From a virus, in the IMG/VR virus record IMGVR_UViG_3300017987_000013, positions 8,340 through 72,339 of that record: DNA of 64,000 bases; one strand, given 5' to 3'. How positions within the stretch are numbered: position 1 is the first letter of the stretch; each line of letters starts with the position of its first letter. The notes below the pieces were generated by a model. It ran no database searches and was not told the DNA's origin. It saw only the letters and a program-made list of their open reading frames with translations. The position numbers and the translations under genes were made by a program. Shown piece after piece: positions 10,264-19,900 of the stretch.

Positions 10264-11177
10264 GCGGGCCTTAACAAACGCCCGTGTTCGGCGGCGTGGT
10301 TAGGGTTGCAGTAAAAAAATCCGACTTCCGCCGATGCTTTTGAGATGAACCGCCTGCACGTTGGCAACCGACACTGCGGCGCAAGGCGACTAATCAACAA
10401 CCTGTCCTTCGGTACGGGCACGACATCGGGGGGTACTGGATCCCCGTCGCGTTCAGCCGCTTCCATCACGAGCCATTGCACGAATAGGTTCAGTGGCAGT
10501 TCGGCGACATCTTTACTGCCGATCCTTGGCACTTTTTGTTTCAAATATTTGATGAAGTCGGCCAGAAGGTCGCCAGCATTCACGAAAGGGTTGAACGCAC
10601 GGCTCCGGTTGGCACGGTACGTCACTTTCGCGTCCTTGTCTACGACGCTGAAATTGCCGTGCTCGTCCAACAGGATTTTTGTGCCGTCAGGTAACGCCAC
10701 CTCTCGCGCTTCCTTGCCTACCAGTATCTTGCTTGGGTCAACCCATTGAACAGACGTGTCGTCGCTGAGTATCTGGCCCGAATCGTCGACGTAACAAACC
10801 GCACTCGTGGGAGTGACGGTGGTTGTATAGTTAATGCTATTTGTCGCTGCGATTGATGTCGTGTAGTGGTACTGTGACGCAGGGCGGTATTGTGCTGTAG
10901 CCATAAACCTCTCAATCTCCTTTGCGGCGTGTTCTGCGTGGCGCTGAAACATCGCCACGTCAGGGACTCGGTACCGTGATAACACGTAGTCGGTAGCAAT
11001 GTGCGTAACCACCGGCTGCATCCCATGGCGCACTACCTCGACCCGTAGCGCGTCTCGCAAAGGGTCGCGTTCGACTTTTACGTTGTGCCCAGGAAATCGA
11101 CCCTCTAGGTGTCGCTGTACCACAAACATGCAATCCTGCATGGTCGGGACCGGCGCTACTGACTGAGATTTAACCAT
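10260..11177 (-). CDS. hypothetical protein with C-terminal Cys/His motif
   Basis: 305-aa ORF coupled to neighbours; CRLPTC...C..NH. Confidence 0.6.
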   Translation of the reverse strand: MVKSQSVAPVPTMQDCMFVVQRHLEGRFPGHNVKVERDPLRDALRVEVVRHGMQPVVTHIATDYVLSRYRVPDVAMFQRHAEHAAKEIERFMATAQYRPASQYHYTTSIAATNSINYTTTVTPTSAVCYVDDSGQILSDDTSVQWVDPSKILVGKEAREVALPDGTKILLDEHGNFSVVDKDAKVTYRANRSRAFNPFVNAGDLLADFIKYLKQKVPRIGSKDVAELPLNLFVQWLVMEAAERDGDPVPPDVVPVPKDRLLISRLAPQCRLPTCRRFISKASAEVGFFYCNPNHAAEHGRLLRPA

Positions 11178-11476
11178 CGGTCCCTAATGTACATCGCCGC
11201 CGTTGACGTTCTCATCGGCAATACGTCCGACTTCCAAAACGACCGAGCCTTGTGCGGCGACTGCCCGTTGGCAGACCCCCAACGCTCTTCGGTGATTGTG
11301 CCGTCCTTGATCACGCGCTGGTGTTCATGACCACAGTGCGGGCATATCACGCTATGGTTTCCGTTCAACGAAAAATCTAGTTCAGCGACGAACGTCTTAC
11401 CGCAATTCGTACAATTCATGTCCGTCCGCGTCAGACCCTCGCCGCTGATACCGGGGATGTCGCTAGGCTTCCCCAT
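11156..11476 (-). CDS. zinc-ribbon protein
   Basis: CTNC...CPHCGHEH. Confidence 0.6.
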   Translation of the reverse strand: MGKPSDIPGISGEGLTRTDMNCTNCGKTFVAELDFSLNGNHSVICPHCGHEHQRVIKDGTITEERWGSANGQSPHKARSFWKSDVLPMRTSTAAMYIRDRWLNLSQ

Positions 11477-11479
11477 CCG

Positions 11480-11971
11480 TCAGTTTTGGCCGAGGCTACC
11501 TAGCGCTTCAGCGATCTTCTCGATCACTGCCATGCCGCGTGACCGCTGCTGCTCCACGTGCGGCGTTACCTCCTGCTCGCTCATCTTCTTTGCTCTGAGT
11601 CCGAGCTTCTGAGCGACCCTCTGCGCCATGCTGAGGTGGTCCTCAACGTCAGCGTACTGCGGCACCTTGCCGCTAAACCGCTTCATCACACGGTCCCACG
11701 GGAACGTTGTTTTGTCGTGCCACGTCCACTCGATGTCACTGTCACCGGTCGGTGGTGCTGAAAAGAAATCTTTGAACTCCTGCTCGAGCATCGCGTCTTG
11801 GTAATACATCACTGGGTCTTCACTGAGGTCGTACAGTTGGTAGACGACGCTACCGGCCTCGTGGCCAATGATGTTGATTAGGGAGGTTTGGTCTTCATCT
11901 TCGGCCCAGCAACCGACATCTAGGTTGTCGGCGTTTCTCGGGTTCGCGCCCGGTACATCATGTGTCGACAT
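11480..11971 (-). CDS. acidic hypothetical protein
   Basis: AAGGAG RBS before ATG at 11971. Confidence 0.6.
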   Translation of the reverse strand: MSTHDVPGANPRNADNLDVGCWAEDEDQTSLINIIGHEAGSVVYQLYDLSEDPVMYYQDAMLEQEFKDFFSAPPTGDSDIEWTWHDKTTFPWDRVMKRFSGKVPQYADVEDHLSMAQRVAQKLGLRAKKMSEQEVTPHVEQQRSRGMAVIEKIAEALGSLGQN

Positions 11972-11995
11972 AAGTAACATCTCCTTTGAAGTAAA

Positions 11996-12067
11996 AAGGA
12001 CCACGGGGATTCGAACCCCGGCCACTGGATCGACAATCCAGCATCCTAGCCGCTAGACTATAGCCCC
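11996..12067 (-). tRNA. tRNA-Asp(GTC)
   Basis: GGGGCTA TA GTCTAGCGGCTAGGAT G CTGGA TTGTCGA TCCAG TGGC CGGGG TTCGAAT CCCCG TGGTCCT; no encoded CCA. Confidence 0.85.
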
Positions 12068-12159
12068 AAAGACGGTAGGGAGGATTTCACTGGGCGTATC
12101 CCCCCGCGACGCACTCATAACGAGGCTGGAGCGCCCCGGCCCAGCTGGTCGCCGCGCGC

Positions 12160-13434
12160 TTAGGCTACCGCTTTTGCTACTCCATCCTCAACAACGATCT
12201 CGCCGGCACCCTCGAGTCCGATTCGCGCTACCCAAACCTGAAAGTCGTGTTTGTTGGCGAGTTCTCCCAAGGCTTCTAGGGATTCGAGGTCAAGATCATT
12301 GGCTTCGTCCAGCAAACAGATCCGCAAGTCGGGGTTGGCCGCGATCGCCGCAGCTACGGCTAGGTCGATCCGTTCCCGGCCACTGGCGCCCGACAACGGA
12401 TGGCCGTTGAGTAAGGGTTCTCCGGTCTCAGAATCGAACGACAGATTGGGAATCGGGATACCGGAGTCCTGAAGCAACATCTTCTCGTTTTCGCGCGACG
12501 CTTCAATTGCCTGGGTGAACCCATCGACGGTCTCTTGCGCTTCTTTGAGTTCTGTTCGCGCCCGGTCGTAGGCTTTCCAGGGCTCGAGCCGCTCGTTGAT
12601 CACGCTCGCATTGGCGATCTGTGTGCGGACTGCATCAATCTCGTCGAGGCAATCGGGCATCTCCCCCAACGTCGCCTCCAGGTCTGCGACCAAAGCGCGC
12701 CAACCTACAATCTGCGCTTTGTGGGACGCGATCTGTTCCTCCCATGCGGTGATTTGCAGTGCATAAGACGTAATAGCCTCTTCGCGCTGCTGTAGGTCTC
12801 GCCGCAGACTCTCGATTTCGTCTTGCTGGCGTTGAAGGCTCTCCATGCGTTCCATCTCAGCCGACACGTCTACCGGTTCTGGACGCTCGCCGGCCGGCTT
12901 CTCGACCGCCTTTGCTTTTCGCTGCTGCGAGATCCAGGGTGTACGCTCGTCGTACAGACGGCGCTGCTCGGCCCGGGCTTCGTCCAACTTGTCTGGAAGC
13001 GATTGATCTTCAGCGAGGGACAGTAGGGCCGTCCGCATCTGATCAGGCTTGAGCGTCAGGAACGACAACGGGTCAAACGTACGATCACCCAACCACGTCG
13101 ATAACTTGCCCTGTTTGTGCTTGCCACCGTCGGGCCCCACCACCGTCAAGTAGCCTTTGGGTTGATTCGCAGTGAACTTCCGTGTGACCGTGAACCCGTT
13201 ATCGAGCCTGACGCGAATCTCTGCGCCGTCCGCGCCTTCGTGGATAGCGTCAGGGTTGATCTCGCCCTGACCACCCAGAGCGGCCGCGATCGCCCGTAGC
13301 AACGACGTCTTACCCGCCGCGTTCTTGCCGGTTACGCGCACGAGCCCCTGTTCAGGAACAACATCTACTTGCGCGAATGTAAGGCGGTGGAAGTCTTGGA
13401 CCTCGACAGAAACAACGTGGATACCGTCGCTCAT
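12160..13434 (-). CDS. Rad50/SbcC/RecN-like ABC ATPase
   Basis: GKNAAGKT Walker A; central coiled coil; ASGRER signature; LLDEA Walker B. Confidence 0.85.
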   Translation of the reverse strand: MSDGIHVVSVEVQDFHRLTFAQVDVVPEQGLVRVTGKNAAGKTSLLRAIAAALGGQGEINPDAIHEGADGAEIRVRLDNGFTVTRKFTANQPKGYLTVVGPDGGKHKQGKLSTWLGDRTFDPLSFLTLKPDQMRTALLSLAEDQSLPDKLDEARAEQRRLYDERTPWISQQRKAKAVEKPAGERPEPVDVSAEMERMESLQRQQDEIESLRRDLQQREEAITSYALQITAWEEQIASHKAQIVGWRALVADLEATLGEMPDCLDEIDAVRTQIANASVINERLEPWKAYDRARTELKEAQETVDGFTQAIEASRENEKMLLQDSGIPIPNLSFDSETGEPLLNGHPLSGASGRERIDLAVAAAIAANPDLRICLLDEANDLDLESLEALGELANKHDFQVWVARIGLEGAGEIVVEDGVAKAVA

Positions 13435-14468
13435 GTCTCCACCTCCGCCTCAGCCGCCTCCTCCTGGCGAATCCGCTCGTCCTCACTTTCGGCAACAATG
13501 GCCTCGCGCTCGATTTCCTCCTCCGTCTTTTTCGTCTCTGTCTTTTTCGCCGTCTTCTTCTTAACCCGCTCCTTCACGGCGTCCGTGCCTTTGGCCTTGG
13601 AGGTGTTGATTTGTCGCTGTTTACCCAAGGATTTGTCCTCCATCACTTCGGGCCACGTCACTTCCCCTTCCTTGAGTGCAGTATGGATCGACCGCAGAAG
13701 CTGAAGATCACCCGGGTTGATCTGCTGCACAGGCTTACCTAGCAACGCAACGATCTGATCAGCGGCCACGCCAAGCACATAGAACGCGTCGAGAACCCGT
13801 TTCGTGGCTGCAGTGGGATCCTCGGCGTCCCGATCCCGAACGGTCGCGACACACCGCTCCTCGGCCTCCTCGCGGATGTCAGACGGGATCAGCGTCAGAA
13901 TGAGGTTACGGCGTGCCTTCGAGATCGCAGCATTGGCTTTGACCAGTATCTCGTCCTCGGTCGCGGCCTTTAGGTACACGGTGTCACCGTAGCTGTTGGT
14001 GCGTTTGCTGATAACCTCGTCGCCAGTCTTAACCTTCTTCCGCTCGACAAACTTCTCGACCACAACGTCTTGGTCCTGCGCCATGTTGGTCTCGAGGTCT
14101 GTGGCGCTGACGCGGTAGATCCGACGTTCACGATCGTCGAACACAACAGTCGTGACAACGTACAGATTCCCCCACAGCCGGCCAATCTCCTCCGCGAACC
14201 TGACCGACAGTCCCTCAATTGCCTTGCCACTGATAGGTTTCCGGTACCGCGCCGACTCCGCGAAACGTGGCCGTTTGCATGCCTCCAGTACACGTAGGCG
14301 TGCGTTCTCGGGCACGCGGGGGCGCTTGACAGCCATAACGAACCGGGCCTCCACGGAGGCCTTCTCCCGTGCAGCTACCGCGGTGGAACTCGTTTCCACG
14401 ACGGCTCCTTCTTCTTTGGGAACGATCTCTGTGGATTCGACGGTTCCCACTTCAGGTGTTTCGGACAT
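13431..14468 (-). CDS. putative single-strand annealing/recombination protein
   Basis: Directly downstream of YqaJ; conserved-looking AESARYRKP...EGLSVRFAEE..WGNL core; acidic tail. Confidence 0.6.
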   Translation of the reverse strand: MSETPEVGTVESTEIVPKEEGAVVETSSTAVAAREKASVEARFVMAVKRPRVPENARLRVLEACKRPRFAESARYRKPISGKAIEGLSVRFAEEIGRLWGNLYVVTTVVFDDRERRIYRVSATDLETNMAQDQDVVVEKFVERKKVKTGDEVISKRTNSYGDTVYLKAATEDEILVKANAAISKARRNLILTLIPSDIREEAEERCVATVRDRDAEDPTAATKRVLDAFYVLGVAADQIVALLGKPVQQINPGDLQLLRSIHTALKEGEVTWPEVMEDKSLGKQRQINTSKAKGTDAVKERVKKKTAKKTETKKTEEEIEREAIVAESEDERIRQEEAAEAEVET

Positions 14469-14479
14469 ACAGTCTCCTT

Positions 14480-15433
14480 CTACCAGTTACGGGGTACCCG
14501 GAACGTACGCGCGATCTCTTGTTCCGTTGTATGAGTGTCGTGCAGATCCTCCCAAACTTCCGCGTCAACATGCAGCTTCAACCCTTCAGCAAACGCCTTC
14601 CAGCCCGTCGTCTGGCGCGGCTTTGGCCGCTTCCAGGTGATTTTCTTGCCATTAGGTAGTTGGACCCCTGCCGCTTCACCAATCGCGTCTTTGAGGAGAT
14701 TCTGGAGCCGTTCCTTGGTCTCTTCAGTCTCCTTCAACTCCGCCCGAACCAACCGCAGTTCTTCGGCAGTATCGTATATTTCCGGTGTCGCGGGGATGAT
14801 CAGGTCGCCATGTGTTTGCCACTTGTTGGCGACATACTCAGAACTCGATTCTGTACCGTCCAACTCCGGGCACATGTCGGCGAGGACGTGATCATGCCAG
14901 AAATCATGGGCGGATTCAACGATCTGTTCAGCCAGTTCCTTGTCGTACTCAAGCGTGAAGGAATGCCACCGATTACCGCCAAGGAGCACTGCAGCATGCC
15001 ATACCTTGAATCCCGTCACCTCCATGTTGGTGTGACACTGGATCAACACCTCGTCGGGGACCTCGTCGGAACCGGGCTCACCCCAATCATCTAGGTTGTA
15101 GCTGCCGCGATTCTTGCACTCCAATCCCTCTCTGGGATCGACCAAAACAATCCGGTCAGGCGTGGCCATGAGCCATTCGTGCTTAGGATGGACAAGCGTA
15201 CCGGACTCGACCAGCTCGACACCGTTCTCTTCGGCGTACCGCTGCGCGATCTTGTCCTCCAGTGCGTTCCCCCAATACGTGTACTCGTTTCCCTCGAAAG
15301 GTTCGGCCTTTCCCGTCTTCTCGAGGTAGATGTCCACGGGGTTGCGCCAACGGTCTACGCGCATCACGGCCGGCATTTCCGAGGCTCCCAAACCGCTCTT
15401 GCGTAACTCCAACTGCTCCTGCGTCAACGTCAT
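14480..15433 (-). CDS. YqaJ-like (lambda-type) exonuclease
   Basis: RKSGLGASE, WGNALE, ATPDRI, LECKN, IQCHTNM motifs. Confidence 0.9.
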   Translation of the reverse strand: MTLTQEQLELRKSGLGASEMPAVMRVDRWRNPVDIYLEKTGKAEPFEGNEYTYWGNALEDKIAQRYAEENGVELVESGTLVHPKHEWLMATPDRIVLVDPREGLECKNRGSYNLDDWGEPGSDEVPDEVLIQCHTNMEVTGFKVWHAAVLLGGNRWHSFTLEYDKELAEQIVESAHDFWHDHVLADMCPELDGTESSSEYVANKWQTHGDLIIPATPEIYDTAEELRLVRAELKETEETKERLQNLLKDAIGEAAGVQLPNGKKITWKRPKPRQTTGWKAFAEGLKLHVDAEVWEDLHDTHTTEQEIARTFRVPRNW

Positions 15434-15437
15434 TGCC

Positions 15438-15758
15438 TCACCTCTCGCAATCGGGAAATTGGATTGTCTCGGCTTCTTCCCATTCATTCGGTATCCAAAG
15501 CGCCGCCCACCACCGCTCGTTCCAGGCTTGCTTGCTCTTGATTTTTTGATTCCAGGCCACCACTGTACCCGCCACATCTTCGCCAATCGGGCAGGGCACA
15601 CCAGCCATATCCGCACGCAGCTGTTCAAGCGCCGCCATTTGGGGGCCAACTGCCAGCTTCGGCCCAATGGGTGATATGGCGACGGTGAGTGCCAGCATTA
15701 TAACCACTAGAATCAAAACCGAACCGTCGATAATCAGATCCTCGAGGTCCCACAGCAT
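15438..15758 (-). CDS. hypothetical membrane-anchored protein
   Basis: N-terminal hydrophobic segment; GAGGAGG RBS. Confidence 0.55.
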   Translation of the reverse strand: MLWDLEDLIIDGSVLILVVIMLALTVAISPIGPKLAVGPQMAALEQLRADMAGVPCPIGEDVAGTVVAWNQKIKSKQAWNERWWAALWIPNEWEEAETIQFPDCER

Positions 15759-15836
15759 TATCCCTCCTCATTCCGATTCATTAGATACCACGCCCCGCCC
15801 ATGAGCTTCCACCACAACCAGAGAACAACGAGACAC

Positions 15837-16082
15837 TCAAACATCTACCTGATAGACATCTGCCCAGCGTTTCAGCTCGGCTTGCATTGCGCTTGGTTTG
15901 TCCGGCCTGACACAACACATGAACCGGACGCACGCCTCGAGCGATTCAATTCGCAACTGAGCGTCTCGCAGGTCGTCGCGAACCAACGCTAGATCGAATT
16001 CCAAGCCAGCTCTTTCCTCGCGGTCCTGTACGTCGCGTAGGTGTTCGTCGAGGTCGTCGGTACGGTCAGGGACGGTCTCCAT
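15837..16082 (-). CDS. small coiled-coil hypothetical protein
   Basis: Start overlaps stop of the upstream ORF. Confidence 0.55.
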   Translation of the reverse strand: METVPDRTDDLDEHLRDVQDREERAGLEFDLALVRDDLRDAQLRIESLEACVRFMCCVRPDKPSAMQAELKRWADVYQVDV

Positions 16083-16288
16083 CAGCTGGATCCCTGGATG
16101 GCCTCGTGTACGTACGCCATCACAGCATCGTAGATCAGCTCCGCTCGCGTGATCTTCAATTTGACGGCCGCCGAATTCACCAAAAGAAGCTCGTCTGGCC
16201 GCACGCGGGCGCTGATTGTATACGACGCGGGCGTCTGTCTACGGTCGTCTGTAGACGGCGGGGTATCAGGTAAGTTCGCACCCGACAT
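16082..16288 (-). CDS. ribbon-helix-helix-like regulator
   Basis: TISARV strand then helices ELLLVNSAA..ITRAELIYDAV; first gene after a promoter. Confidence 0.6.
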   Translation of the reverse strand: MSGANLPDTPPSTDDRRQTPASYTISARVRPDELLLVNSAAVKLKITRAELIYDAVMAYVHEAIQGSS

Positions 16289-16337
16289 ACACTTATTCCT
16301 TTATATAGGGTGAGTTGTATACAAATGCCACATAGCT

Positions 16338-16366
16338 ACTGTATACAGTATACAGAAAGATGTCAA
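16338..16366 (-). promoter_or_regulatory. sigma70-like promoter of the recombination/replication operon
   Basis: TTGACA-N17-TACAGT, overlapped by GTATAC palindromes. Confidence 0.7.
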
Positions 16367-16382
16367 GGGAGGGAAGGTAAGG

Positions 16383-16616
16383 CTATCCGTTGCGCGATTT
16401 CCATGCGTCAGATAGTACGTTGAACAGTTTCACGTCGACCAAGAGAAGGGCAACAGCACCCTCGGCGGCCCGGAACCACAGCACATCTTTCGAGAATATC
16501 GCCGCATGGAACAGCAGCGCGATGCCCACGAGGAAACGTACTATCCGGCCAATGCTGTACTCCTTACCATGTACAGTGACGGGCGGAAGTCCTAACTGCG
16601 TCGTCTGGAAGTTCAT
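16383..16616 (-). CDS. small two-TM membrane protein (holin-like)
   Basis: Two hydrophobic helices; basic C-terminus. Confidence 0.5.
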   Translation of the reverse strand: MNFQTTQLGLPPVTVHGKEYSIGRIVRFLVGIALLFHAAIFSKDVLWFRAAEGAVALLLVDVKLFNVLSDAWKSRNG

Positions 16617-16963
16617 GTCGAGATCCCGTTGTTGCCGTGACGCTTGGCGCAAGAGACACGCATATTACCGATCAACTTGTCCTGATCCAACTGACGTAGC
16701 TGCATATCCGCTATCAGCCCAGCAACTTCGTCGCGAAGGGACCGATGGTCCTGCTCGTGATTCAAGCTGACCGCCTTCAGCTCTTTAGAAAGATGGTCTT
16801 TCATGGCTTCAGTCGTACACATCGAACTCACCCGCGCATCCATCTTGGATATTCGGCGATCCCACCGCAAAACCAGCGCGCCAAACCCCGTAGTGCCCAA
16901 TATCGCTACCGCGCCTTGCATGGCAGGAGAATTCACTAGCTCCACAACGCCCTGCACCACCAT
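16613..16963 (-). CDS. TM + coiled-coil hypothetical protein
   Basis: GAVAILGTTGFGALVL TM followed by heptads; GGAG RBS. Confidence 0.5.
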   Translation of the reverse strand: MVVQGVVELVNSPAMQGAVAILGTTGFGALVLRWDRRISKMDARVSSMCTTEAMKDHLSKELKAVSLNHEQDHRSLRDEVAGLIADMQLRQLDQDKLIGNMRVSCAKRHGNNGIST

Positions 16964-16967
16964 AACA

Positions 16968-19900
16968 TTATCTCCTCTGACGCCTACGTGGCCGGCGGCT
17001 ACGTGGACGTGTGATCTCAGCACCAGATTCCTCTAGGGCGTCTTCAGCTAATTGTTGAAGAAACTCACGGCGGTCAGCATATCGCTCACGTACCTCGCGT
17101 GCTTTTTCCGGTGTAGACGTCGATTGGCGCGCTTCCGACACATATTCCAGAAACCGGTCTGACGGTTGGTAGGGCACATAGTTGTGATCGATCAATTGCA
17201 TAACTAACGTTTCCGATAATCCCGATCCGCGCAACACCCGCTTGATAGCCTCGTCTTTCATTCCGAACTTACGAGCCGCCTCCATGTCGGCGGTCACGTT
17301 TGCAAACACCTTCTGCCGTGTCCGTTCCATTGACTCGTAAGCCTCTTGCAATTCAGAGTCGCTGACATCGCCGGCACGGGATGCCGTGCTACTCAATATC
17401 CGTGTGGCGTTGCTCCACCGCCCAACGGCTTCACGCGCATTCCACGACAGTGCTTGCGGCACATCAAGCTCCTGCATGCGGAACCCAGTAAACATGGCGG
17501 CACCTTCAACAACAGGATTGTAGCTACGGCCATATAACGTTTGGTCGTTCGTGATACCGCGCCAGATTCGCCGCATACCTGACACCGTACCTGGCTCAAA
17601 GGCGTCGTACACATAAGACAGAATCGCAGTAGCTTGCTTGTCGAACGGGTCTTCCGGATTGTAGACCTCCGCGCCACTGTCCTTCTTTTTGTTGCGCTTG
17701 ACGTCGAGAAGTTTGGACGCTAGAATCTCTTCGCTTACAAAAGGCTCAAGAGCCTCAAAGAATCCGTCGATCAATCCGTCGTGCCAGTTCTCTCCGCGCA
17801 TCATTGCCTTCAGCGGCGTTCGGAGGTAGCTATACGGATCCGTGTAACTCAGGTCAATGTATCGCACTCTTCCGTTCTCGCCGCGACCCAAGTAAACAAG
17901 CGAACTGTTTTCTGACCACGGAGGCACAAATCGTCTAACCCGCTCATCGGTATCGTCGTCAATCCCGTTAAGGAAACGTGATGCGTACGCTACTGCCGAC
18001 ACCGTTGTGGCCGCCAAAAGCAATCCAGCTATCCGCTGCGCTCCTACTCGATGCAAGTCTGGGTCGTTCAACTCCCCTGCTGTCAGCTGAAGAGTATTGC
18101 CCAGAGTGCGGATAACCTCCCACGGAAATGACACAAACGTACCGACCAGCGGAAAACGTCGGATTTTCTTGATGGCATGTGGTACAAGCGAGTATGTCGG
18201 GTACGTGTTTCTGACGATCTCTGCAGCACGTTCCTTTACTCGCTGATCGGTCCAATCAGGTTTAGCGTTGCGGTATCGCTCGAATTCGTTAGCGAAAGCG
18301 TAGAGCTTCCACACGTCGTCTTCTGCGCGATATACGCTGGTCACGCCTTTCAATATTTTGCGTATAGACCGTTGTACTACATTACCTTTTATGAACGCTT
18401 CTGGATCACGAACCGCATCGTTCACGGCGTCCCACAGTTCACCCGCGCGCGCGCTTTCGTGAACAACACCTAGTTCAACCATCTCGCGATAGATACCCTG
18501 CCACTCTTCCTTGTCTTTAAGTCCTACATCCCACAAGTCTCCCCAGACTGTTCGCGCCGCGTCAGGCATTTTCGATATATCCCAGTGACCGTTTGCGATC
18601 GCGAACCCGGTGTTGCCTGTCGTGTTACGTACGTGCGTCATTACAGACCCGATGGTCTTGGCGTACTTCACTACACCATTCACTTTCATGTAATGTCGCA
18701 ACCAATCACTGACCACTTCTGTTTCGACGGCTCGATGAAACGCGGCATCAACTTCCGGCGACGTGTAGAAGCCGTTCAGCGGCTCTAGCGCTCGGCTACC
18801 TTCGGCTGCGAATTTTTTCACGTAAGAAACGCCATCGCGCACAACTGGTTCTTCGAAGAAATATTCTCCCAGTCCACCCTCCAACACATCGGCAAGGAAT
18901 TTGTGGTTTTCGAGCAACTGCGACATTTTGGTGACGCTACGAACGTAGTTAACCAGAGGGTCAGTGTATTCACCCCAAAGCGCACGGATCTCGGGAGCAA
19001 TCGCCTTCCGCCGCTTCAAAATCGAAAGGTTCTTGCTACCTAGCTTGCTACCTCGCACGAGAAAATCAAGGGGACTGTCGGACAACTCGCCGGCCCGCAG
19101 AATACGCTGAAACTCGCCTTCCAGCTGTTCTGGAGACGCATCTGGCATTTCGGACGCCAAGAGGCTACGGACCCGGTTCTTTACGTCTTCCGACACGTTT
19201 TGCCAGAACTTGGGATCGTCGAACGCCTTGTATGAACGTGTTAGATACACGCCACGATTCGCGTCTATCACTGGAACTAGATGTTCGGCAATAGCCCCAG
19301 ATTCAATCAGTAGTTGGCTGAGAGCGTCAATCTGCCCACGCATGTCTTTGACGATACTCCGCATTTCGTCGGGCATGTTTATGGGTTCGCCCTGCAACGC
19401 AGCATTGATTTGCCGTTGCTGTTCGTCGCTGAGTTTAGAAGTCCCGTACGCCCGACGTGCTACACGCCTGAACTTCCGCAACGTGTGAGCGACTTCACGA
19501 TCACGGGAATTCACACCTCCATCGCGCTTAATCATGCGGTCGAACACACGTTTTGGTAGATCGCCTGGGGCAGTGAAGTTGCGACGCAAAAACGCTCGAA
19601 TTCCCTTGTTCACTGCTTGGGCGTCAACTGCACCTGTTTCAGTGCCACCTACCCGAACGGCGCGACCCTGCTGCACCATATCGTCTAGTTCTTCTCCAGA
19701 CCTTGTTGGCGGCTGTTCGGCAGCCACCTCTTCGGACACAGTAGTAGCGTCGATTGCTGTTTCTGGAGATTCCGTCCCCGCTGTGACAATTGGCCCTGTT
19801 TCTGCAGCGGGTTCAACCGTCTCTGCGGCTGTTACTGGTATCTCATTAACTCTCGCCCACTCATCGACGGCGTCGTCCAACTCCCCCAACGCCTCACCGC

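Noticed and set aside
16338-16355. LexA/SOS box resemblance (CTGT...ACAG)
   Set aside because: Spacing is 9 or 2 nt rather than CTGT-N8-ACAG, and the host lineage is unknown
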